A DNA stretch of 64,000 bases from Myxococcales bacterium. GTDB lineage: Bacteria > Lernaellota > Lernaellaia > Lernaellales > Lernaellaceae. A model generated the notes under the pieces. That model searched no databases. It had not been told where the DNA came from and worked only from the letters and a program-made list of their open reading frames with translations. Of this stretch, positions 1 to 9,146 are shown one piece after another. The stretch lies in assembly GCA_012517325.1 (NCBI GenBank), contig JAAYVF010000085.1:75673-139672 (forward strand). The letters run 5' to 3'. Every line of letters starts with the position of its first letter. The stretch's first letter is position 1. The translations under genes and the position numbers were made by a program.

Positions 1-301
1 CCATGCCCACCAGGCTCCACAGCACGAACTTGCGGTTCACCAGGATCCAGCCGGCCACGAAAATCGGAATATTGAGAATGAACATCCAGGTGCCGACCGA
101 CAGCACCGGCGTGAGGTAATAGATCAGCAGCGCGATGCCGGCCACGCCCGCCGTCAGCAGTTTGAACGGCACCAGGAACAGGTTGACGCCGGCCGCGGAG
201 ATGAAGCCGCCCAACGCGATCAGAAACATGCGCCAGGCGAACTTCTTCCCGTTGAAGTTGTCCGCGATCAGCCAGGATTTGATTTTTTTCATCGCCGTCA
301 T
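1..301 (-). CDS. YitT/DUF161-family integral membrane protein, N-terminal part (gene runs off the window start)
   Basis: Reverse-strand translation from the ATG near 301 reads MTAMKKIKSWLIADNFNGKKFAWRMFLIALGGFISAAGVNLFLVPFKLLTAGVAGIALLIYYLTPVLSVGTWMF. This hydrophobic multi-TM pattern is typical of the YitT family. Confidence 0.55.
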   Translation of the reverse strand, partial: MTAMKKIKSWLIADNFNGKKFAWRMFLIALGGFISAAGVNLFLVPFKLLTAGVAGIALLIYYLTPVLSVGTWMFILNIPIFVAGWILVNRKFVLWSLVGM

Positions 302-441
302 CCTCTTCGACCGGCCGGGAACGGCCGTCAATCGGGGCGGATCATAATCGGAATGGGCGCGGGTGAAAAGTCGCGAACGCAACTCCGTCTCTTGCGTGGT
401 GACGTCACGCCGTTGCTGGATTTGCTGCTGGAATGGATGAT

Positions 442-618
442 TTACTTTTTCGCCGCTTTTTTCAGCTTCGCCACCACGGCCGGATCGTACATGCAGCACA
501 CGCCCTTCTTTTCGACGGGCTCGATCTTGAGTTCGGCCAGCAGTTTTTTCAGCGCCCCCGACGAAATCCCCAGTTCCTTGGTCAACGCCCCCGACGACAG
601 CAATTTCTTTTCCGCCAT
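442..618 (-). CDS. Small hypothetical protein (58 aa) with an internal duplicated motif
   Basis: Unlisted ORF (below the 60-aa cutoff): MAEKKLLSSGALTKELGISSGALKKLLAELKIEPVEKKGVCCMYDPAVVAKLKKAAKK. Its codon usage looks coding, it contains the repeat SSGAL(T/K)K(E/L)L and a CC pair. It sits between YitT and DUF2284 on the same strand. Confidence 0.35.
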   Translation of the reverse strand: MAEKKLLSSGALTKELGISSGALKKLLAELKIEPVEKKGVCCMYDPAVVAKLKKAAKK

Positions 619-731
619 GCGATCCTCCGGTTGATTCAGTTTGTTTTAGCCGGGATTCAACCCTCACCCCGGCTTCGCCGACCCTCTCCCATTTCCGGGA
701 GAGGGTGAAAACCGCCGCCCTCATCCCGGCT

Positions 732-1286
732 TCAATCCACCAAAAGCAGGCAATACAGATTGATCGGTTCCTCGCGCGAGGTGACGACCTCGATCGGCAG
801 CCCCGCCGCCCGCGCGGTCGAAAACACGTCGATCCCGCAGGCTTCCATCGCCGGGCGGGCGAGGTCCGGGTGGCGGCAGTCGTCGAAGTCGCACTCGTCG
901 CACAGTTCGCACGGGCCGGCGGCGAGGGCGAGGGCGCGTTCGAAGCCGTACAGAAACAACGTCCGTTCGGCCGCGCCCATGATCCGGCGCAAAGGCGGCC
1001 ATTGCCGCACCGATTGAATTTCCGAGGGGAACCGGACCAGTAGGGCCCTACGGTAGCCGGCCAACAGCCGGCGGGTTTCCTCGGGCGAGGGCGAGCGCGG
1101 CGGGCACGTCAGGCAGCCGCCGTACCCGCGGCAACCGAACTTACATTTAGCCAGCACCCAATCGGCGACCGCAACCGCCGCCGCCGGAATTTCCACCACG
1201 TCGCCCGCGCCCCGGCGCTTGAGCAAGGCCTGGACCTTGGCGGGAATAGGACGAAGCCGGCGTTCCGTGTCGTTCATGCAATTCAT
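732..1286 (-). CDS. DUF2284-like predicted metal-binding protein (Cys-rich)
   Basis: ORF translation contains the CKFGCRGYGGCLTCPP and CELCDECDFDDC cysteine clusters typical of the DUF2284 family. Confidence 0.5.
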   Translation of the reverse strand: MNCMNDTERRLRPIPAKVQALLKRRGAGDVVEIPAAAVAVADWVLAKCKFGCRGYGGCLTCPPRSPSPEETRRLLAGYRRALLVRFPSEIQSVRQWPPLRRIMGAAERTLFLYGFERALALAAGPCELCDECDFDDCRHPDLARPAMEACGIDVFSTARAAGLPIEVVTSREEPINLYCLLLVD

Positions 1287-1323
1287 GGATAGCCGAATCG
1301 CTGCGGGATGGCAACGGGCCGGC

Positions 1324-3633
1324 TCAGGCTTTCGGCGGTCGGTTTCGCAAATACTCGTCGATCGCCCGCGCGGCCTTCTTGCCCGCGCCCATCGCCAGGA
1401 TCACCGTTGCCGCGCCGGTCACGATGTCGCCGCCGGCGAAGACGCCGGGGAGGTTGGTCGCGCCGGTTTCCGGGTCGGCGACGATGTTGCCCCACTTGTT
1501 GGTCGCCAAATGCGGCGTCGAACGCGTGAGCAGCGGGTTGGGCCCCTGGCCGATGGCGATGATCGCGATCTGGATGGGGATCACGTGTTCCGACCCGGGC
1601 ACGGCAACCGGGCGGCGGCGGCCTGAAGCGTCGGGCTCGCCGAGTTGCATGGTCTGGCATTCGACGCCCGACAGCCAGCCCTTGCCGTCGTCGATGAACC
1701 GCACGGGGCTGGTGAGCAGGCGGAAATCGACGCCTTCCTCTTCGGCGTTCTCCACTTCCTCGGCGCGCGCCGGCAGTTCTTCCTTGCCGCGGCGGTAGAT
1801 GCAGTACACCTTCTTCGCGCCCAGCCGCAGGGCGATGCGCGCCGCGTCCATCGCCACGTTGCCGCCGCCGAAGACGGCCATCGTGTCGGCAATGCGCACG
1901 GGGGTGTCGTAATCGGGGAAGCGGTAGGCCTTCATCAGGTTGACGCGGGTCAGGAACTCGTTGGCCGAGTAGATGCCGTTGAGGCTTTCGCCCGGGATGT
2001 TCAGGAAGTACGGCAGGCCCGCGCCGGTGCCGATGAAGGCGGCGTCGAAGCCGTGCTCGGTCAGCAGTTCGTCGAGCGTCGCCGCCTTGCCGATGATGTA
2101 GCTGGTGTGGATCTTCGCGCCCAGCCGCTGCACGAATTCGACCTCGCGCCGCACGATTTCCTTGGGCAGGCGGAATTCCGGAATGCCGTACACCAGCACG
2201 CCGCCGAGCGAATGGAAGGCCTCGAACACCTCGACCGCGTGCCCCAGCTTGACCAGGTCGGCGGCGACGGTCAGGCCGGCCGGCCCGGCGCCGATCACGG
2301 CCACTTTCTTGCCGGTGGGGGCCGGCGCGGCGGGCGTTTCGTACACGGCGCGATCGGCCTGGTAATCGGCGACGAAGCGCTCGAGGCGGCCGATGGCGAT
2401 CGGCTGGCCCTTGCGCGCCAGCACGCACACTTCCTCGCATTGCACTTCCTGCGGGCAGACGCGGCCGCAGACCGCCGGCAGGCTGTTGACGGTTTTGATC
2501 AGTTCGGCGGCCCGCAGGTACTCGCCCTGGGTGATCAGCTTGATGAACTCGGGGATCGGCACCTCGACGGGGCAGCCCTTGGTGCAAGGCTTGGCCTTGC
2601 ATTGCAGACAGCGCATCGCCTCGGAGCGGGCCAGCTTGGGCGTGTAGCCCAGCGCCACTTCCTCGAAATTGGTGACGCGCACCCGCGGATCCTGGCGCGG
2701 CATGTCGATCCGGTTTTTCTGCTTCTCAACCGATTCCTTGCCGCCCTCGGTGACCATGTAATCCCACAGCGCGCGGTTTTCCTCCGAGGCGTACATCCGC
2801 TGGCGGGTGAGCAATTCCGCGAAGTCGACCAGGTGGCCGTCGAATTCCGGCCCGTCGACGCAGACGAATTTGACCGCGCCGCCCACGTTCACCCGGCAAG
2901 CGCCGCACATGCCCGAGCCGTCGAGCATGATTGAGTTGAGGCTGACCTCGGTATGGATGTGCTGGGGTTCGGTGACCTTGCAGACGGCGGCCATCATCAC
3001 CACCGGGCCGATCGCCCAGACGCGGTGGAGCGGTTCGCCGCGGGCGATCACGTCGGCCAGCGCGCCGGTCACGAAACCGTGCTTGCCGTAAGAGCCGTCG
3101 TCCGTGCAGACGATCACCTCGTCGCAGAATTCGCGCAGTTCGTTCTCCAGAATGATCTGGTCGCGCTGGCGGGCGCCGATGATCGCCAGGACGCGGTTGC
3201 CGGCCTCCTTGAGGGCCCGCGCGACCGGAAAGATGGGAGCGACGCCCACGCCGCCGCCGATGCAGGCCACGGTGCCGTAGTTGGCGATGCGCGACGGTTC
3301 GCCCAACGGGCCCACCAGATCGAGCAGCAGGTCGCCGGTGACCAATTCGGCCAGGCGGCGGGTCGAGGCGCCGACCGGCTGGAAAATGACGGTGATCCAG
3401 CCTTCGCGGCGGTTGAAATCGACGATGGTCAGCGGCAGGCGTTCGGCTTTTTCGTCCATGCGCAACACGACGAACTGACCGGGCTGGGCCTTGGCGGCCA
3501 GCACCGGCGCCTCGAGCTTGAACTCGATCACCGAACGGTTCAGGTCGCGCCGCTGCAAAATTCGGGTATTGCGGAAACCGTCGCCCTGGCAAGTGCGCTC
3601 GGCGGGGAGTTGATCCGCGTGTGGTGAGTGCAT
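1324..3633 (-). CDS. Fused NfnA/NfnB-like oxidoreductase: N-terminal ferredoxin-NADP reductase-like (PyrK/SudB-type) domain joined to a GltD-like NADPH-dependent glutamate synthase small-chain / sulfide dehydrogenase domain
   Basis: N-terminal half has the FAD/NAD-binding FNR fold plus a C-terminal [2Fe-2S] Cys cluster (CGACRVNVGG...FVCVDGPEF). C-terminal half has the two Cys clusters (CLQCKAKPCTKGCPV; CGRVCPQEVQCEEVC) followed by the GAGPAG FAD/NAD dinucleotide motifs and a GGDIVTGAATVILAMGAGKKAA tail, as in GltD/SudA/NfnB. Confidence 0.8.
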   Translation of the reverse strand: MHSPHADQLPAERTCQGDGFRNTRILQRRDLNRSVIEFKLEAPVLAAKAQPGQFVVLRMDEKAERLPLTIVDFNRREGWITVIFQPVGASTRRLAELVTGDLLLDLVGPLGEPSRIANYGTVACIGGGVGVAPIFPVARALKEAGNRVLAIIGARQRDQIILENELREFCDEVIVCTDDGSYGKHGFVTGALADVIARGEPLHRVWAIGPVVMMAAVCKVTEPQHIHTEVSLNSIMLDGSGMCGACRVNVGGAVKFVCVDGPEFDGHLVDFAELLTRQRMYASEENRALWDYMVTEGGKESVEKQKNRIDMPRQDPRVRVTNFEEVALGYTPKLARSEAMRCLQCKAKPCTKGCPVEVPIPEFIKLITQGEYLRAAELIKTVNSLPAVCGRVCPQEVQCEEVCVLARKGQPIAIGRLERFVADYQADRAVYETPAAPAPTGKKVAVIGAGPAGLTVAADLVKLGHAVEVFEAFHSLGGVLVYGIPEFRLPKEIVRREVEFVQRLGAKIHTSYIIGKAATLDELLTEHGFDAAFIGTGAGLPYFLNIPGESLNGIYSANEFLTRVNLMKAYRFPDYDTPVRIADTMAVFGGGNVAMDAARIALRLGAKKVYCIYRRGKEELPARAEEVENAEEEGVDFRLLTSPVRFIDDGKGWLSGVECQTMQLGEPDASGRRRPVAVPGSEHVIPIQIAIIAIGQGPNPLLTRSTPHLATNKWGNIVADPETGATNLPGVFAGGDIVTGAATVILAMGAGKKAARAIDEYLRNRPPKA

Positions 3634-3658
3634 GTTTTCTTCTCCTTGCCGGTCGCCG

Positions 3659-4078
3659 TTAATGGGAAGCGGTTTTTTCCCGGGTCAACAATTCCTGAAT
3701 CTTGGCCAGCACCACCTTGGGGTTGTAAGGCTTTTCGAAAAAGGCGTCGGTTTTCATCCAGTGGCCGTCGCGTTGCTGATCGAATCCGAACCCGGTTTTT
3801 TCGCGGACCGCCGAAACCATGATGATCGGAATCTCACGCATGACCGGATCGCTTTTGATCGTTTTGGCCACGGTAAAACCGGTGTCGTGGCTCTCGACCA
3901 TCAGATCCAGCAGGATCAGATCGGGCGCGTCGAGCCGGGCGCGCTGCAGCCCCTCGATTCCCGTCTTGGCGGAAATCACCTCGTAACCCTCGTTTTGCAG
4001 CAGCGCCTGGAGGGCGAAAACGACATCCGGGTCATCGTCGATAATCAGAATCCTGTTTTTTTCGCTCATCGGTTCCAT
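3659..4078 (-). CDS. Single-domain response regulator (CheY-like receiver)
   Basis: RILIIDDDPDVVFAL...DLILLDLMV...IPIIMVSA receiver motifs with no output domain. Divergent from the histidine kinase gene. Start could be at 4120, 4078 or 4069. Confidence 0.8.
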   Translation of the reverse strand: MEPMSEKNRILIIDDDPDVVFALQALLQNEGYEVISAKTGIEGLQRARLDAPDLILLDLMVESHDTGFTVAKTIKSDPVMREIPIIMVSAVREKTGFGFDQQRDGHWMKTDAFFEKPYNPKVVLAKIQELLTREKTASH

Positions 4079-4243
4079 CTCCACCGTCGCCGAAACGCGA
4101 CATTCTATTGACGATAACAACGATCCGGCGCCTTTTCTAAGATTTTTTCCGTTTTGTCTAGATTAACCGTCTTCGATAGTTGCTTGGCGACCGCCGCCTT
4201 GTTAGCATGAATAAGTACCTTCTCCGGCGGTAACGAAAAGCGG

Positions 4244-5599
4244 ATGTATGCTTCCACGCACCACCTCCCGGTCGAACAACAACTGGCGATCGCGATTCGT
4301 CTGTTCACCCGGGTCCGCTGGATTCCGCCGCTGGCCATCCTCGGCGGGGGCGTTTTCTTCAAGGAAGTCCTGGGTTTAAATCTCTCCATCGAGGCATTGG
4401 CGCAGATCGCGGTTTGGATCATCGCCTACAACGTATATTTGATGCGGCGGCAAATCTGCAGTACGGGGGCCGCGGTCCCCGATCTGCTGCGTTGCGCCAA
4501 CCTTCACATGTTTTTCGATTATTTTTCAATAACCTTGCTCGTTTACTACACCGGCGGCGTTCTATCGCCGCTCGTGTGGTTCTACTCCATCCACATCATT
4601 ATGTCGTGCATCTTCTTTAAAAGAAAGAAGGTCTTGCTTTGGACCGGCATCTTGTGGCTGGCCCTGGCGGCGTTGTTTCTCGGTGAGTTTTTCGGCTGGC
4701 TGCCGCACCAATGTGTGTACGGCGTGTCGTTTGACGGGTTGCACCGGCGGCCGGGATTCATCCTCGCCGTTCTCGGCGGCGCGGCGCTGCTCTGGGGATC
4801 TCTGATCTGGCTGGTGACGATGATCGTCGAACGTGTCCGCGTGGCCGAACAGGACGAGCGGACTTTGCAGGTTCAATACAAACAGGCCCTGGACGATCTG
4901 ACCGAATCCGAAAAAAGGCGGACTCTGTACCGGCGGGTGCTGACCCACGAACTGCGCAGCCCGGTGGCGGCGGCGCAATCGTTGGTCCGCATCATGAATA
5001 CCGGGGCGTTCGGCGAATTGCCGGAACGGCAGCGCGGGGTGATCGAGCGCGTCGGCAACCGGTTGGATCAAATGGAATTGATGGTGCGCGATCTGCTGAC
5101 CATGGAGCGGATCGGCCGGGAAGAGTTCAAACTCGAAACCGTGCCGCTGGCGCCGCTCCTGAAGGAAATCGTCGAGATGTATCTGCCGCAGATGGAGGAG
5201 CACCGTTTGCGGCAGGAAATCTCGATCGATCCGCAAGCCGTGGCGCTGGCGGATCCGGAGGATCTGCGGACCATTTTCAGCAACCTGATCAGCAACGCGG
5301 TCAAGTACAATCGCGACGAGGGTTTGATCCGAATTCGCGCCGAGGCGCGGGACGGCGCGATCCATCTGGAGATCGCGGATACGGGGATCGGCATCCCCAA
5401 GGGGGATCAAAAACGCTTGTTCGAGGATTTCTACCGGGCGACCAACGCCAAGGAGCATACGGTGCAAGGCACCGGCCTTGGTTTGTCCATCGTTAAAAGC
5501 CTGGTCAGGCAAAACAACGGCCTGATCGAACTGGAAAGTGTGGAAAACCAAGGCACAACCATCCGCCTCGCCCTCCCGCGAGCAACCGGTTCGGACTAG
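4244..5599 (+). CDS. Membrane sensor histidine kinase (HisKA + HATPase_c)
   Basis: Multi-TM N-terminus; H-box HELRSPVAAAQS; N, G1 and G2 boxes (NLISNAVKYN, IADTGIGIP, GTGLGLSIVK). Confidence 0.85.
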   Translation: MYASTHHLPVEQQLAIAIRLFTRVRWIPPLAILGGGVFFKEVLGLNLSIEALAQIAVWIIAYNVYLMRRQICSTGAAVPDLLRCANLHMFFDYFSITLLVYYTGGVLSPLVWFYSIHIIMSCIFFKRKKVLLWTGILWLALAALFLGEFFGWLPHQCVYGVSFDGLHRRPGFILAVLGGAALLWGSLIWLVTMIVERVRVAEQDERTLQVQYKQALDDLTESEKRRTLYRRVLTHELRSPVAAAQSLVRIMNTGAFGELPERQRGVIERVGNRLDQMELMVRDLLTMERIGREEFKLETVPLAPLLKEIVEMYLPQMEEHRLRQEISIDPQAVALADPEDLRTIFSNLISNAVKYNRDEGLIRIRAEARDGAIHLEIADTGIGIPKGDQKRLFEDFYRATNAKEHTVQGTGLGLSIVKSLVRQNNGLIELESVENQGTTIRLALPRATGSD

Positions 5600-6137
5600 G
5601 GTTTACCGGGATTTTTTCTCAATTTCCGACAAATTCAGTGAGACTTGCGATTGATAAAAACTCGATTTGAACGGCACCTGCCGAGCGCCGAACCGGGTTA
5701 CCCAAAACCGGCGATCTGGAAAAGTCCAGGTAAATCAAGGGCCAATATAAGAAATAAACCATCCTTGGATACGAAATTTACCGGCGGAAATGCTTGACAC
5801 CGGAAAAATGATCCGCGTAGAATAAACGAAGGTTGGCTTTGGCGCCCTAGAGGGAGGACGCCAGAAAGTAGAAGGGGACTTTTTTAAGATCTCAGGTTCC
5901 CTGTCGGGTAAATCGGCTTAACGTGAGGATACGGTTCACGATCCTAGCAGGAAACGTGCGCCGTAATTGATCGTTGAATCGTTATCCGTTGCAGGGGGCA
6001 TGACGATCCGCCACTTTTTGCATTTAAACGTGGTCATAACACGTAGGCGGATCGTGATGGGATTGTGAACGGTTGGGCGTCGCTACTCATCCTTGTCGAA
6101 TCAGCCTTGCGACGTCGCACGAAGAAAAGAGGATCTG

Positions 6138-6975
6138 GATGGCAGATCGGTTTAGCAAGCGGAACCGCTTTTTCCTGAAGGCGGGACTGCCGCTGGTTTT
6201 GCTGATGGCTTGCGCCTTCGCGGTCTGGGCCGCTCCGGCGCAAACACCGGACGAGGACGAACCGCCGGCCGAAGATTCGACCCCCGCCCCGTCGCCGACC
6301 CCGCCGCCGTCGCCGACTCCGGCGCCGACTCCGCCCCAGCCTCTGCCGCCGCCGCCGCCGAACGCGACACCGACGCCGATGCCGGCCGCCGAAGCGACCC
6401 CGGCCCCCGCGCCGGCCGCCGAAGCGACCCCGGCCCCCGCACCGGCCGCGCAGACCGAAGTGAAGGTCGAGCGCCTGAACGCGGAACAAATGAACCAGTT
6501 CGAGGAGAGCTTGGTCGACCTGCGCGAACGGATCATGAAAAGCAAGGCGCGGCTGATGCAGCTTCGCGAACAGCTCATGCTCGGCTCGGTTTCGATCATC
6601 AGCCTGAAGATCAATCACAACCACGAGGTGGGCGGCACCTTCAAAATGGAGTCGCTCAGCTACACCCTCGACGGTTTCGAAATTTACTCCGGGGTCAGCA
6701 CGCCGGAAAACGATCTGGAGAAACTGGGCAAGTTCCCGGTCTACGAAGGCAGCCTGCTGCCCGGCGATCACCTGCTGGTGGTCGACATGATTTTCCGCGG
6801 GCGCGGCTATGGCATTTTCAGCTACCTGAATCAATATCTGTTCAAGGTCAAGGCGCGTTATTTGTTTACGGTGGCCGAGGGCGATGTGGTCAACCTAGAC
6901 GTCGTCAGTTACGACGAAGGCAGCTTCCTGACCAGCCTGAAGGATCGCCTGCGCGTCAAGTTCGAAAAGAAATAG
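6138..6975 (+). CDS. Membrane-anchored Pro/Ala/Thr-rich coiled-coil protein, first gene of the Glt-like cluster
   Basis: N-terminal TM/signal (LPLVLLMACAFAVWA), PSPTPPPSPTPAPTPP and a duplicated EATPAPAPAA repeat, a coiled-coil segment, and a beta-rich C-terminal domain. Confidence 0.6.
6387..6446 (+). repeat. 30-bp in-frame tandem repeat (x2) encoding AAEATPAPAP
   Basis: gccgccgaagcgaccccggcccccgcgccggcc is followed immediately by a near-identical copy with one substitution. Confidence 0.8.
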
Positions 6976-6976
6976 A

Positions 6977-9145
6977 GTGAGGCCTAGCGTGCACCGTTCA
7001 TTGGTCGTCGCCTTCGCGCTCGTTTTGGTTCTGGGAATGACGGTGGGGTCATCCGCCAAGGATGAGGGTGGCCCTCTGGTCGATCACCTGAATCAATTGA
7101 ACGTGAAAATCGAGCAACTGCAAAACGAAGTCGCCGACTTGGAAACGAATTTCGGCCGGGAAGTCGACGAGCGCGAACGCCTGATGCTGCAGCGCAGTTT
7201 CGTCGAAGGGCGCGAATTTTTCTACGAGTTGCACGATTACCGGGGCGCTTCCGAGGTCTTTTACGGCATCGTCAACCATCCGTTGGCCTCCTCGCTCCCC
7301 AATTACAACGCGGCGATCTTCTACCTCGCCGATTCGCTTTTCCAAAGCGGCTATTATCCCGAAGCCAAGTCCCAGTACGAGCGGCTGATTCAAAAAGGCC
7401 CGTCCGACTACTATGCCATGAGCCTGATGCGGCTGATCGAAATCGCCGTGGTGCAGCGCAATTATTCCGAGGCCGAACGGCTCTATTCGATCATGCTCTC
7501 GAAATTCCCCGAGGGCGAGGACGGCAGCCTGGGCCGGTACATCATCGGCAAGTCCTATTACGAGCGGGGCGAAACCGCCAAGGCCATCGAAGTCTTCGAT
7601 TCGATCTCCGAGGAAGGATCCTTCCACGCCACCGCGCAGTATTACGCCGCGGTCTTGTTCATCAAACAGAAGAATTTCCAGGAAGCCGTCAATCGGTTGC
7701 GCCGCCTGAAGAAAGAGCTCAAGCACGACGTGGCGAACAAAAAAGCGATTTTCGCCCTGACCCACCTTGCGCTCGCCCGGATTTACTACGAGATGAACGA
7801 CTTCCCGCAGGCGATGGCCAACTATTCCGCCGTCCCCGAGGACTATCAGGATTACCCGGAGGCCTTGTACGAATCGATCTGGGTGTTCATCACCCGGAAC
7901 GATTACCTGCTTAAAGCCATTGAAGACGAACGGGACAGCTACGAAAACATCCTGTTCGATTTCGCCTCGTTCCGCGAAGCGGTGGATTCGCAGGATGACC
8001 AGGAAAGCCTGTCTGAAGTTGTCGCCGAATCCGACAAATTGCAGGCCGATCTCGATGAAATGAAGGGCATGTTCGACGAAGTCGACAGCAGCCTGGCTCG
8101 GTTGCAGGAAGAGGCGATCGGCAGTTTCAACAAACTCGTCCAGGCCGCCCCCAACAGCCCGTTGGTGGCCGACGCCGAAATCCTGGTCGGCAACATCTAT
8201 TCGCAGGTCGAGGACTTCAAAACCGCCGATCAATGGTTCAAACGCCTGAAGCAGAAATACGAAGACTTCTATGCCAGCATCGAGGCCGCGCAGCCGCGGC
8301 TGACCGGCGCCGATTACGTCGGCGTGGTCGCCTCGGCGTCCAGCTCGTTGAGCGACGGTTCGCCGATGTCGCAAGCTTCGTTGCGGGGCCTTCCCGAGGA
8401 AATCGCTTTCTGGCTGGCGGTCGATCCGGACGTCCGGAAAATTTTCGTCCTGTACGACGCGGCGAACAACGAGCGGCAAAACGTCGGCAAAATGCGCGAA
8501 ATGATCGGCGACATCGAAGTGAAACTCCGCGAGCTGGAAGTCGGCGGCGAATATCCGTTCTACCGCGAGGCCAATCGCCGCAGCTTGCAGTACCGTTCCG
8601 AAATCGAAAGCTTCCAGGTCGAATTGCTCAATCTGCGCAACGAAGCCGGGCAGTCGCCGGACGAGGCGGTGAGGAATCACGTCCAATCCGGCGTTAGCGG
8701 CCAGGAAGGCGTGTTGAGCAACCTCCAAAGCCGGCTCGGCTCCCTCAATGTGAAAATCGACGCCAAAAAGCAGGAACGGCTGAACTACTTCCGCCAGGAA
8801 TTGGCGGTTTTACGGCAACCGCTCGACGAATACGACCGGGCCTCCAATGCCCTGATGGCCAGTTCCGGCGGCACCTTGGCCACGGTGGCCGCCGCCGAAA
8901 TGGCCGATATCGAACGGACGGTGGCCGAGTACGTGCAAAAAGCCGATCTGGGCATTATCGACGTGGCGTGGCGCTCGACGCGCGGCTCCTCGCGGGAAAT
9001 CCGCAAGTTGCAGCACCAAATGGAAGAAGAACTGCACCAGCTACAGCGTTCGCAAAGCCCGCAGGAAAGCGCTCCGGCGCCCGCGGATGGCGAAAAGTCT
9101 AATCCGACGCCGCCCGCGCCGTCCGGCGGCGGGAGCGGGTCCTGA
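6977..9145 (+). CDS. Secreted TPR-repeat / coiled-coil protein (GltD/GltE-like periplasmic scaffold)
   Basis: Signal peptide, long coiled coils flanking TPR-like helical repeats, Pro-rich C-terminus. GTG start at 6977. Confidence 0.6.
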   Translation: MRPSVHRSLVVAFALVLVLGMTVGSSAKDEGGPLVDHLNQLNVKIEQLQNEVADLETNFGREVDERERLMLQRSFVEGREFFYELHDYRGASEVFYGIVNHPLASSLPNYNAAIFYLADSLFQSGYYPEAKSQYERLIQKGPSDYYAMSLMRLIEIAVVQRNYSEAERLYSIMLSKFPEGEDGSLGRYIIGKSYYERGETAKAIEVFDSISEEGSFHATAQYYAAVLFIKQKNFQEAVNRLRRLKKELKHDVANKKAIFALTHLALARIYYEMNDFPQAMANYSAVPEDYQDYPEALYESIWVFITRNDYLLKAIEDERDSYENILFDFASFREAVDSQDDQESLSEVVAESDKLQADLDEMKGMFDEVDSSLARLQEEAIGSFNKLVQAAPNSPLVADAEILVGNIYSQVEDFKTADQWFKRLKQKYEDFYASIEAAQPRLTGADYVGVVASASSSLSDGSPMSQASLRGLPEEIAFWLAVDPDVRKIFVLYDAANNERQNVGKMREMIGDIEVKLRELEVGGEYPFYREANRRSLQYRSEIESFQVELLNLRNEAGQSPDEAVRNHVQSGVSGQEGVLSNLQSRLGSLNVKIDAKKQERLNYFRQELAVLRQPLDEYDRASNALMASSGGTLATVAAAEMADIERTVAEYVQKADLGIIDVAWRSTRGSSREIRKLQHQMEEELHQLQRSQSPQESAPAPADGEKSNPTPPAPSGGGSGS

Positions 9146-9146
9146 G

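Noticed and set aside
1283-2934. Long ORFs 1283..2602(-), 1645..2934(+), 2726..3592(-), 2953..3627(+) overlapping the NfnAB-like gene
   Set aside because: Arg/Gly/Pro/Ala-dominated translations are typical of wrong-frame or antisense reading of high-GC DNA. They overlap a gene with clear Fe-S/FAD motifs.
6005-6030. Possible sigma54 promoter (GCCAC-N5-TTGCA) upstream of the Glt-like cluster
   Set aside because: It has GC rather than the invariant GG at -24, and the spacing does not fit TGGCAC-N5-TTGCW. Not convincing.
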